This document shows, one piece after another, positions 7,735 through 15,734 of a stretch of DNA of 49,225 nt. Origin of the DNA: Methanobacteriota archaeon (GTDB lineage Archaea; Thermoplasmatota; Thermoplasmata; RBG-16-68-12); contig VBLR01000151.1 of NCBI GenBank assembly GCA_005878665.1, positions 1-49,225 of the forward strand, in the 5' to 3' direction. The translations under genes and the position numbers were made by a program. The notes under the pieces are model-generated. The model was not told the DNA's origin, did no database searches, and saw only the letters and a list, made by a program, of their open reading frames with translations. Each line of letters starts with the position of its first letter. Position 1 is the first letter of the stretch.

Positions 7735-9488
7735 ATGCCCCAGAACGGGTCCTCCTTCCGTTTGATCGCGCAGATCTCGTCCAGCGCCGAGAGCTCGTCG
7801 TGAGTTAGGTCCTTCCGGCCCCGGAGCGCGCGCGCGTCGGCCTCCGGGAGGTCCACGTAGAGGACGTCCCCGCCGTTGATCTGTCGCCCGATCGTGATGC
7901 CGTCCACCGAGATTGCGACTTCCTGTCCCTGGTTCGCCCCTTCGAGGGTCTTCTCCCCGGTCCGGATCGTCTTGATGCGCCCAAGCGGCCGACCGTCCCC
8001 TCGCATGATCGATTCCCCCGGACGGATTCTACCGGCCAGCACGCGGACGCCGAAGATCGCGGGCTTCGAGGTCCGGAACACATGTTCGCCAAGGAAGAGG
8101 AGCTTCGCGGGATACGCGATCTCCTTGCGGCCCGCCTCGGCGAGTTGTCGCTTCCTTTCATCCCGCCACGCCTGGTAATCTTCGATGAGACGGTAGATCA
8201 CGTCGTTCTCGAGCAGCGTGAGGTCGGGGTGTTCTCGGAGCGCCGTCTTCGCGTCCGGAAGGATTTCCAGGTTGAATGCAAGGATCGCGCGGTTCAGGGG
8301 ATTCTTCGCCGTCGCGGCGTCCGTGACGTCTCGCCGCGAGACCGGTCCGAGCCGAGCGAACTTGATCGGGATCGAGGCCTGCTTGCATTCGTACGCGAGG
8401 CCTTCGAGGGAGCCGATCGCGTCGGCCTTCACGAGGATGCCCTCGTCCTGCGTCTCGATGTGGAGCTGGGATTCTTTGGCCACCTCTTCGATGACCGCGG
8501 CCAGATTGCCTTTCGTCACGCGGATCGGTGCCCCGGCAACCGCCTTCCCGAGGCTGCTCCCGACAATCTTGACTCCGGCCGCCGCGGACACGCTCTGCAT
8601 GGAGTCGAACCGCTCCTGCGGGTCCCGAATCTCGTCGAGTGGCTTCGGTTTCAGGACGGCCTTCACCTTCGTCGTCCCCGGCTTGGCCGCGGTCCCAAAC
8701 ACGATCGTGTCGCCTTTCGATAGCGTACCTTCGTAGACGATCGCGTCGAGGGTGACTCCGAGGCCCTTCTCTTCCTTCACCTCGAGGATCGTACCGACGG
8801 CCGGTCCCTCGGCTGTTGCCAGTTGCTCCTCGAGGAACCGCTGGGCGAGGCCGATGAGCGTCAATAACAGGTCCGGAACCCCTTCCCCGAATTTCGCGCT
8901 GACCGGGATCACCGCGAGGTTCGTCGTGAAGTCCGCGATCCGATCGTATCGGTCGGCGGAGAAGCCGTGCTCGAAGAGTCGGCCGACGAGTTCGTACATG
9001 CGACGATCGAGCTCCTCGCGCGTGGATTCCGGCTGATCCTCGTACGACCGGACGAACGGTTGCCCCTCGTGCTTCCTCCATCCGGGCACCATGTCAATCT
9101 TGTTCGCGGCGACGACGAACGGCGTCTTGTACCGCCGAAGGATGTTCAGGCTCTCGATCGTCTGCGGACGGAATCCCTCGTTGACGTCGATGACGAGGAC
9201 GGCGAGGTCGGCGAGCGCACCGCCGCGGGCGCGCAAGGTCGAGAAGGCCACGTGGCCCGGGGTATCGATGAACAGGAGCCCAGGGATGCGGAACGATCGG
9301 CCTTTGACGAGGTCCCCGCACATCTCGAGGATTGCCGCGAGAGGGACCTCCGTCGCACCGATGTGCTGCGTGATCCCGCCGGCCTCGCGGCCCGCCACGC
9401 CGGTCCCGCGAATCCGGTCGAGGAGGGTCGTCTTGCCATGGTCCACGTGCCCGAGGACGGACACGATGGGCTGGCGGATCGAAGCCAT
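7731..9488 (-). CDS. infB: translation initiation factor aIF5B (IF-2)
   Basis: 585 aa. The G domain has VLGHVDHGKTTLLDRIRG, DTPGH and NKID motifs. No intein insertion. Confidence 0.95.
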   Translation of the reverse strand: MASIRQPIVSVLGHVDHGKTTLLDRIRGTGVAGREAGGITQHIGATEVPLAAILEMCGDLVKGRSFRIPGLLFIDTPGHVAFSTLRARGGALADLAVLVIDVNEGFRPQTIESLNILRRYKTPFVVAANKIDMVPGWRKHEGQPFVRSYEDQPESTREELDRRMYELVGRLFEHGFSADRYDRIADFTTNLAVIPVSAKFGEGVPDLLLTLIGLAQRFLEEQLATAEGPAVGTILEVKEEKGLGVTLDAIVYEGTLSKGDTIVFGTAAKPGTTKVKAVLKPKPLDEIRDPQERFDSMQSVSAAAGVKIVGSSLGKAVAGAPIRVTKGNLAAVIEEVAKESQLHIETQDEGILVKADAIGSLEGLAYECKQASIPIKFARLGPVSRRDVTDAATAKNPLNRAILAFNLEILPDAKTALREHPDLTLLENDVIYRLIEDYQAWRDERKRQLAEAGRKEIAYPAKLLFLGEHVFRTSKPAIFGVRVLAGRIRPGESIMRGDGRPLGRIKTIRTGEKTLEGANQGQEVAISVDGITIGRQINGGDVLYVDLPEADARALRGRKDLTHDELSALDEICAIKRKEDPFWGM

Positions 9489-9549
9489 CGCGGGCGGACC
9501 AAGAATCCGACGATATTAGAAGGTTGGCCCCTCCGAAGGTTGGGCCCGG

Positions 9550-10008
9550 CTACTCCCTCAACCAAGCCTCGTCAATCCGGGTGTACGAAAGAATCTCGTC
9601 GGGCTTGAAGAACAGGGCAATTTCTCGTTTCGCGCTCTCGGCCGAGTCGGAACCGTGGATGATGTTGCGGCCGATCGTCATGGCGAGATCCCCGCGGATG
9701 GTGCCCGGCTCGGCCTCCGCAGAGTTCGTTTTCCCCATCATCTTCCGGACCGCCGCGACCGCGCCGTCCCCGTCGAGCACCATCGCGACGACCGGCCCCG
9801 CGGCGATATAGCCCATCAGCGGCTCAAAGAACGCCTTCCCCTTATGCTCCGCGTAGTACGTCTCCGCGAGCGAACGACCGACGCGGATGAGTTTCAATGC
9901 CGTGACCTTCAGGCCGCGACGCTCGAATCGGGAGACGATTTCCCCGATCAGGCCGCGTTGCACCGCGTCCGGCTTCAGGAGGACGAAGGTGCGCTCGGCC
10001 ACGTTCAC
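9550..10008 (-). CDS. ndk: nucleoside diphosphate kinase
   Basis: [35 protein letters not shown]...NIIHGSDS (catalytic His). The GTG start at 10008 overlaps the rpl24e stop (GTGA). The 350-aa track ORF is an artefactual upstream extension. Confidence 0.95.
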   Translation of the reverse strand: MNVAERTFVLLKPDAVQRGLIGEIVSRFERRGLKVTALKLIRVGRSLAETYYAEHKGKAFFEPLMGYIAAGPVVAMVLDGDGAVAAVRKMMGKTNSAEAEPGTIRGDLAMTIGRNIIHGSDSAESAKREIALFFKPDEILSYTRIDEAWLRE

Positions 10009-10619
10009 TTCCCCTTCTTCGCCTTCTTTGCGGTGGGAGCGGGCGCCTCCTCTTCCTCCGCCGGCTCCCGCTTTCGGCCTTTCACCTCTTGCCATCGCCC
10101 GTCGAGCCAGGACTTGAATGTCCGTCGCCCTTCCGGGGAATCCTTCCACGCGAGGAACTCCGCCTTGTCGATGCGGGTGACCGGTTTGGCGCCATGCTTC
10201 TTCTTCGACCAGCCGACGATCGACGTGTGGAACGAATCGCTCGCGACGAAGTCCGAGTAATGTCGCTCGAGTTCTCCTCGTGGCAGGTCGGGTCCGATCC
10301 GCTTGTCGATCAGGTCCGACAGGTCGGCCGGGATGTCCTTTCCCTTCGGGGTCTCGATCGTGATCTCCACCGCGAGCGCTCCCGCCGCGGGGGTCTCCTC
10401 CGCGACAGCGACGGCTTCTTCGGCGGCGACCCGACCGGCCGCTCGACGGAACGCTTGTGTCCAAGGCGTCCACCGGGGCACGCGCCCGAGTTTCAGCATG
10501 TTCGCTTGACACTTGTGAGAGCAGAAGAGGAAGACGGTCCCGTCCTTGCGGATGAACATCTTGCCGGTGCCGGGCTCGATCTCGTTGCCGCAGAAGGAGC
10601 ACGAGCGTCGGGTCGGCAT
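10005..10619 (-). CDS. rpl24e: 50S ribosomal protein L24e fused to a ~140-aa uncharacterised C-terminal extension
   Basis: The N-terminal ~60 aa, [54 protein letters not shown], is the L24e zinc-ribbon. The ORF then continues in frame for ~140 more residues. Start at ATG 10619. Confidence 0.85.
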   Translation of the reverse strand: MPTRRSCSFCGNEIEPGTGKMFIRKDGTVFLFCSHKCQANMLKLGRVPRWTPWTQAFRRAAGRVAAEEAVAVAEETPAAGALAVEITIETPKGKDIPADLSDLIDKRIGPDLPRGELERHYSDFVASDSFHTSIVGWSKKKHGAKPVTRIDKAEFLAWKDSPEGRRTFKSWLDGRWQEVKGRKREPAEEEEAPAPTAKKAKKGK

Positions 10620-10623
10620 CGTC

Positions 10624-10836
10624 TCACCGGACCGACAGCTTGCGGGCCTCGCGCGCGGTCTCGCGCAACATGAGCACATCGCCGACTTGGATGCTGCCCT
10701 TCACGTTGCGCGTGATGATGCGGCCCTTGTCGCGTCCATCGAGGACCCGGACCTTGACCTGGACCGCTTCTCCCGTCATCCCCGTCCGGCCGACGACCTC
10801 GACGACCTCCGCGGGAATGCTGTCATCGTCCGCCAT
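10624..10836 (-). CDS. rps28e: 30S ribosomal protein S28e
   Basis: 70 aa: [59 protein letters not shown]. Confidence 0.95.
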   Translation of the reverse strand: MADDDSIPAEVVEVVGRTGMTGEAVQVKVRVLDGRDKGRIITRNVKGSIQVGDVLMLRETAREARKLSVR

Positions 10837-10865
10837 GTTCTCTCACTCGCGTGTCCGAGGAATCG

Positions 10866-11237
10866 TCACTTCTTCATCGCGCGGATTTTCGCGGAGACGT
10901 CGTCGATGACGGGCTTCGCCTTGCCCGGGTCCAGGATCGCAATCGAAGCGGTCGCCTTGCCCAGGCCCACGGCGACGCCGAGCTCCTGCTTACTCGGGAC
11001 ATAGGCGTACGGCACGCCCTTCTCTTCGCAGAGGAGCGGCATGTGCGCGAGGATCTCCTCCGGCTGGACGTCCTCCGCCATCACGACGAACTGAGCCTCG
11101 CCTCGCTCGACGAGCTTCGTGACCTCGTTCGTCCCCTTGCGGACTTTCCCGCTCTCCTTCGCGAGCTCGATCGATTGATAGGTCTTGTCGACGAGCTCCT
11201 TCGGCATCTCGAAGCGAACGTACATTGGCTTGGGCAT
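10866..11237 (-). CDS. rpl7ae: 50S ribosomal protein L7Ae (K-turn binding protein)
   Basis: 123 aa: KVRKGTNEVTKLVERGEAQFVVMAEDVQPEEILAHMPLLCEEKGVPYAYVPSKQELG. GGAGG lies 8 nt upstream of the ATG. Confidence 0.95.
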   Translation of the reverse strand: MPKPMYVRFEMPKELVDKTYQSIELAKESGKVRKGTNEVTKLVERGEAQFVVMAEDVQPEEILAHMPLLCEEKGVPYAYVPSKQELGVAVGLGKATASIAILDPGKAKPVIDDVSAKIRAMKK

Positions 11238-11245
11238 CGTGGAGA

Positions 11246-11285
11246 CCTCCTTCCGTCCCGCGGCCGCGGGACGTCATCAGTCATC
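11246..11285 (-). promoter_or_regulatory. candidate K-turn / box-C-like element in the rpl7ae 5' leader, overlapping the Shine-Dalgarno sequence
   Basis: Minus-strand RNA reads GAUGACUGAUGA-CGUCCCGC-GGCC-GCGGGACG-GAAGGAGG. A UGAUGA box and a 3' GA flank a perfect 8-bp hairpin and could form tandem sheared G.A pairs. The SD follows immediately. Confidence 0.35.
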
Positions 11286-11327
11286 GGCTCCCCGTCTCGG
11301 AGAAGCGGCCGTCGAAGTGGCGCGGGT

Positions 11328-11335
11328 TATAAAAG
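11328..11335. promoter_or_regulatory. TATA-box-like element (TTATAAAA) in the divergent rpl7ae / Nudix-like spacer
   Basis: The only AT-rich octamer in the 186-nt spacer. It is near-palindromic, so it could serve either direction. Confidence 0.35.
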
Positions 11336-11423
11336 GTTTGCGACCGTCTCCAGACGAGTCCGTTGAAACCGAGAATGGCGGTCCGCAGCAAGGTTGAAAA
11401 GCGCGGCGTGGGGTTCGTTGGGC

Positions 11424-11951
11424 ATGCCCACGGACCGCAAGTTCAGTCGCTTCGCTCCCACGGACCGACCGCTGCAGACCCGAGAGATTCCGGAGGGAGG
11501 GATCTGCCTGTCCGCATTCGTCATCTTGAGCGAGAGCGGCCATCGAGACCGCGTTCTCATGGGTCATCTGGATCCTTCGGCGGGATGGGACCATATCGGG
11601 GCGCTCGATTCGGAGCGAGCCGCTGTGAATAGCAAGGGATGGATGTTGCCTTCCTCACATCTGATCCTCGGCGAGTCGCCACAGGTGGCCGCGGACCGGA
11701 TCCTCAAAGAGCAGCTCGGTCTCCCGAGTCACCCGCTGAACGGCCCGCAAGTTTTCTCCGAGGTGTATGGACCGAAGAATCACTGGGATCTCGAATTCGT
11801 TTTCTTGGGGGAACGGAACCAGATTGCGCAGCACCCGGCGTGGACCGAGCTTGCGTTCGTCGATGTGACCGAAACGCCGCGAGAGGAAATCTCGAGGTAC
11901 CATGACGACATCCTCGCGAACGTCGGTCGATGGAATCCCGCGAGCCGGTAG
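11424..11951 (+). CDS. Nudix-fold protein with degenerate Nudix box
   Basis: GESPQVAADRILKEQLGL resembles a Gx5Ex7REUxEExGU box with substitutions. A beta-rich N-terminus (GGICLSAFVIL) precedes it. ATG 11424 is preferred over TTG 11394. Confidence 0.55.
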   Translation: MPTDRKFSRFAPTDRPLQTREIPEGGICLSAFVILSESGHRDRVLMGHLDPSAGWDHIGALDSERAAVNSKGWMLPSSHLILGESPQVAADRILKEQLGLPSHPLNGPQVFSEVYGPKNHWDLEFVFLGERNQIAQHPAWTELAFVDVTETPREEISRYHDDILANVGRWNPASR

Positions 11952-11989
11952 ATCGCTAGGCCTGTACCGGGCCGTTGAAGGCGAATCGA

Positions 11990-13486
11990 TCAAGCCCTGC
12001 CCCTTTCGGGAGCGCCTCCGTCTCGATTGGCGGAATCAGATCCGGTCCGCCCCAGCTGCTCCCGGACCACCCGGTTCGCAACCTCCAGAAACTTTTCTTC
12101 GGTCCCCGGAGGAATCGTCGCGCCGGCGGCCCCATGGTGACCGCCGCCTTGGCCTCCCACGGCCAGGCTCGCGGCCTGCATGACGGCCGCGAGGTCGAGT
12201 CCGCGGGCCACGAGCTCTCGCGTCGTTCGCGCCGAGACCTTGATGCCGTCTTCGGCTTGGGCGAACGCGATGATCGGCAGGTCCTTGCTCGCGCCTTCGC
12301 GGTGGAGGGCCATGCTCGCGGCGATCCCAACCACGGTGTCGCGAATTCGATCCGCCGCGTGGAAGAACTGGACCGCCTCCATCTGCGTGATGCCGGCTTC
12401 TTCGATCGTCTCCATCGAGTTCATCAGGTACTCCCGGTGGCCCCGGAGGAGACGGAGGGCCTGGGCGAGGTACTCCTCGCGATCGCCTCGGCACACGCGG
12501 TACCCGACTTCGGGCTGGTCGTATCGTCCGCAGGCGTTCATCAGGGTCCCAAACTCTTTCGCATCGCGCGTCGGGCTGCCCGCGGGCTCGCGCACCAGCG
12601 TGTACGTTTCTCCCGCCAACCGCTCGACCTCTTTGATTCCGCACCCCCGCTCCAGCATGTGTGAAACGAGGGCCGATACCACGCGTTGCTTCTCGCCGCG
12701 GTCGAGGTCCGACCAGCTCCGCCAGTGATTCTCGACCTTCAGGTCGACTCCGAGCTCGAGGAGGAACGCGATGCAAGCCTCCTCGTTTCCGCTGAGCCGC
12801 GGGATCCACGGGTCCGTCGCGTATTGGAGCATCTTGTACGCCGGTCGCGTCTCCCGTCCGAAGAGCCGGAGATCGATTCGGGCCTCCAGCACGCCGGCGG
12901 CGATCCCGTCCGCCAAGATCGTGCGATTGTACCCGGAGAGCCGCCGGAACTCCTGATCTTGAACGTCGCCGACCGCGCCCACGATGGCGATCGCCGCGAG
13001 GTCGACATTTTTCGGAGAGAGGGCCCTCGCGACGGCGTAGGCGCATCCCGCCCCACTCGCGACGTCGGAGCCTTCGCCTTCGAGATGCGGATTCAGCATG
13101 AGGACCCGATCTTGCGATTCGGTGAAACGGACGAGATCTCCCCGCAGCGCCCTCGGAACTTCTCGCTCCGTCGGAACGTGGTGGTCCGTGATGACCGCGT
13201 CCAAGCCGTGCAACGCGTGCAGCATCCCCGCGCCGAGGTCGATGAACCAGACGAGCGGAGTCCCCTGCCTCTTTAGGTCCGTGAGGACCGCCTGGTCGAG
13301 CTTCTTGACGAACGCGACCTCGTGCGAGATGCCCGCCCGGTCGAGGGCTTCGGACGCGATGGCGCCGCCGGTGATGCCGTCCGTATCGATGTGCGTCACG
13401 ATGCGGACGAACGGAGCCGGGCGCAGGCGCTCCGCAATCTCTTGAGCGACCGCCTCCATCGCGCCATCAAGCGGGAGTCCACCCAT
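11990..13486 (-). CDS. DHH/DHHA1-family RecJ-like nuclease (archaeal RecJ/Cdc45/GAN homologue)
   Basis: Motifs VTHIDTDGITGGAI (DHH motif I/II), ITDHH, and C-terminal GGGHHGAAGATI (DHHA1 GGGH). 498 aa. The start could be the internal ATG at 13459. Confidence 0.85.
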   Translation of the reverse strand: MGGLPLDGAMEAVAQEIAERLRPAPFVRIVTHIDTDGITGGAIASEALDRAGISHEVAFVKKLDQAVLTDLKRQGTPLVWFIDLGAGMLHALHGLDAVITDHHVPTEREVPRALRGDLVRFTESQDRVLMLNPHLEGEGSDVASGAGCAYAVARALSPKNVDLAAIAIVGAVGDVQDQEFRRLSGYNRTILADGIAAGVLEARIDLRLFGRETRPAYKMLQYATDPWIPRLSGNEEACIAFLLELGVDLKVENHWRSWSDLDRGEKQRVVSALVSHMLERGCGIKEVERLAGETYTLVREPAGSPTRDAKEFGTLMNACGRYDQPEVGYRVCRGDREEYLAQALRLLRGHREYLMNSMETIEEAGITQMEAVQFFHAADRIRDTVVGIAASMALHREGASKDLPIIAFAQAEDGIKVSARTTRELVARGLDLAAVMQAASLAVGGQGGGHHGAAGATIPPGTEEKFLEVANRVVREQLGRTGSDSANRDGGAPERGRA

Positions 13487-13509
13487 GAATCTTTGGGAGG
13501 GGACGGCGG

Positions 13510-13971
13510 ATGGCCGTCATCCCGATCTTCGAAGAAGAACGAATATCGGAGGACGTCCTTGATGCCCGTGTGATTCACGTCACCGCGACGGGGCTGATCG
13601 CTCGCGACGGTCGGGTCCTCCTCGGTAGGCGCACCAGCACGGTTCGGTTCGCGGGCATGTGGGACGCCTTCGGGGGACATTGCGTCCCGTGCGAAGAGCC
13701 GTCGTCCGCCTTGGTCCGCGAGCTCGCGGAGGAGTTGGGGATCACGGCGGTCCGGCCGCGGTTCCTCGGAATCTATGAAGACGTCGATCCGACTTCGAAG
13801 GACCTCTTCCGGCACTACCTGTTCCTCGTCACCCGATGGAATGGGGAGCCGAAGATCGCGAACGAAGAGCATTCGGAGATTCGGTGGTTCGACCCGGAGC
13901 AAGCGGAACGCCTGAATCTCGCGCCGAGCCTCAAGGAAGCGATTCGCCGCGTCCTCCCGAAGAAACCTTAA
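13510..13971 (+). CDS. Nudix hydrolase (MutT-like)
   Basis: Canonical Nudix box GGHCVPCEEPSSALVRELAEELGI. 153 aa. Confidence 0.85.
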   Translation: MAVIPIFEEERISEDVLDARVIHVTATGLIARDGRVLLGRRTSTVRFAGMWDAFGGHCVPCEEPSSALVRELAEELGITAVRPRFLGIYEDVDPTSKDLFRHYLFLVTRWNGEPKIANEEHSEIRWFDPEQAERLNLAPSLKEAIRRVLPKKP

Positions 13972-14001
13972 CTCGGACGCACATGTTCGACCGGGGACGC
14001 C

Positions 14002-14421
14002 ATGGTCGACGAGACACAAATCCGGAAAATCCTGGGCGAGATCAGGACGATCGCGGTCGTCGGTTGCTCGAAAGATCCAGCCAAGGACGCGCACCGGGTC
14101 CCGAAGTACATGCAGATGAACGGCTACCGCATCATCCCCGTGAACCCGACTGCGACGGAGATCCTCGGGGAGAAAGCGTATCCATCGCTCGACGCCGTCC
14201 CGGTTCCCTTCGACGCCGTCGACATCTTCCGTCCGTCGGCGGACGTACCGCCGATCGTGGACCAAGCGATCAAGACGCCCGCGAGAGTCATCTGGATGCA
14301 ACTTGGAATTCGGAACGATGGCGCCGCGAAGAAGGGCCAGGCCGCGGGCAAGATCGTGATTCAAGACCGTTGCATGATGCGCGACCATGCGCGGCTATTC
14401 GGCAAGTCGATCCTCGAATGA
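14002..14421 (+). CDS. CoA-binding domain protein (YccU/YneT-like)
   Basis: IRTIAVVGCSKDPAKDAHRVPKYMQMNGYRIIPVNP...VDIFRPS...VIWMQLG is typical of the single-domain CoA-binding family. Confidence 0.85.
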   Translation: MVDETQIRKILGEIRTIAVVGCSKDPAKDAHRVPKYMQMNGYRIIPVNPTATEILGEKAYPSLDAVPVPFDAVDIFRPSADVPPIVDQAIKTPARVIWMQLGIRNDGAAKKGQAAGKIVIQDRCMMRDHARLFGKSILE

Positions 14422-15021
14422 GGACGCCGCAAAGACGAGGGCGACGCTCGGGCCCCCCGCACGTCGGGCCGCGGCGATGAGCGCCTCGATTTCTCCCAGG
14501 ATGCTCACGGCCGCGGGCGGAGCGTCGAACTTCGCGGTCGTGACGGCTTCGGACCACGCCCGGAGACGGGATTCCGGCACGACCCCGACGCGGAACGGTT
14601 GGGAGACGCCTCGCTCGATCTTGACGGTCGGACTGATCCCGGCGAACGTTTGCACCGGGACTTCGATCCAACTCGATCCTTCCTGGGGGAACAGTTCGGG
14701 CGAGAGGCTTGGCGGGAGGGCTTCCTCCGCGGCGCGGATGGATCGGCTCCCTTGGGCATCGTCCCAAACCCGGCCGAGCCGGGCGCCCGCCGACACGACC
14801 GTGTGGTCGAGCCACGCGAGATCGTGGGTCCGTCGGATCGAGGAGCGCCGCGTCCACAGGACCTTCGCGAGCAGATAGTACCCTTCCCGAAGCGCTCGGG
14901 CCTCGGGCGACTTCGTGCCGCCGGCGTGCTGAGCCTTCTCGAGAGCCGAGGCGACCAAAGGTTGAGACGATAGCAACGACTGAAAGTCGACGACCCGGAG
15001 GAGAGCCTGCCATCCCATGGG
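14395..15021 (-). CDS. hypothetical protein
   Basis: Protein-like composition, co-oriented directly downstream of the ACT-domain gene. No family recognised. ATG 15021 is preferred over TTG 15045. The 3' end overlaps the convergent CoA-binding gene by 27 nt. Confidence 0.45.
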   Translation of the reverse strand, partial: PMGWQALLRVVDFQSLLSSQPLVASALEKAQHAGGTKSPEARALREGYYLLAKVLWTRRSSIRRTHDLAWLDHTVVSAGARLGRVWDDAQGSRSIRAAEEALPPSLSPELFPQEGSSWIEVPVQTFAGISPTVKIERGVSQPFRVGVVPESRLRAWSEAVTTAKFDAPPAAVSILGEIEALIAAARRAGGPSVALVFAASSFEDRLAE

Positions 15022-15110
15022 GACCGCCACGGGTCTCGTCAACAAAAGGGTGTCGGCGCAAGAGGCTTCGTGTCTTCCGTCCCCGAGGACCGGACGAACG
15101 GCGGTCTGCC

Positions 15111-15611
15111 TCAGTGAAGGACGACCGACTTGACGCCATCAACCTGCTTGATCTGCGGGAGCAGCCGCTCGGGCACGGGGGCCTCCGTGACGATGAAGCC
15201 GTGTGGATCATCGACGATCTCGGGGTCGTCCATGATCACCTGCCGAATCGATATGCCGGCTTGGGCGATGATCGCCGCGACCCCGGCCAGGATTCCCGGC
15301 TTCGATGCGTTCGTCGGGACGATCTCGATCGCCCCCCAGTTCATGATCGGGGCGATTTCGCGGAGGTGGCACACGGGACGCAAGGCGTCAAAGAACGCCC
15401 GCAGCTCCGCATTCTTGTCGATCGTGTCGACGGTCGCGGTCACCACCCGCCGGTCGACGCCCGCGGCGCGGGCCATCGCCGTGTCGGAGAGCTTGATGTC
15501 GCCCGCATAGACGCTCCCCTGATGGACGCGCAGGCCGTACATGACCGCGAGCTGGGCGACCTTCTCCTGTGCCGGGAAACCTTTGAAATAGTGACGGAAG
15601 CGCGCCCACAT
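15111..15611 (-). CDS. ACT-domain regulatory protein (archaeal amino-acid-binding regulator family)
   Basis: 166 aa with an N-terminal HTH-like part and a C-terminal ACT-like part, IEIVPTNASKPGILAGVAAIIAQAGISIRQVI. Divergent from the TrpB-like gene. Confidence 0.7.
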   Translation of the reverse strand: MWARFRHYFKGFPAQEKVAQLAVMYGLRVHQGSVYAGDIKLSDTAMARAAGVDRRVVTATVDTIDKNAELRAFFDALRPVCHLREIAPIMNWGAIEIVPTNASKPGILAGVAAIIAQAGISIRQVIMDDPEIVDDPHGFIVTEAPVPERLLPQIKQVDGVKSVVLH

Positions 15612-15699
15612 GCCCTTGGCCGAATGTACGGAAGGGTGCCCTAAGGGTTAATGTTTTCGTCATCGAGTGTAGCTAAGTGAACATCAGAGAACAGAATCG

Positions 15700-15708
15700 T
15701 TATATATT
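15700..15708 (+). promoter_or_regulatory. TATA-box-like element (TTATATATT) upstream of the TrpB2 gene
   Basis: Lies 27 nt upstream of GTG 15735 (36 nt before ATG 15744), implying a leaderless or very short-leader mRNA. Confidence 0.45.
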
Positions 15709-15734
15709 GTCCAAAGAATCCACCGCCCGGATCG

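Noticed and set aside
11363-11632. 89-aa ORF with an ATG at 11375 in the spacer after the TATA element
   Set aside because: Its translation is Arg/Gly/Ser-rich junk. It overlaps, out of frame, the Nudix-fold ORF, which has coherent secondary-structure-like sequence.
13396-14388. 330-aa minus-strand ORF across the Nudix and CoA-binding genes
   Set aside because: It is antisense to two plus-strand genes with canonical motifs (Nudix box, CoA-binding fold) and has an Arg/Asp-rich composition.
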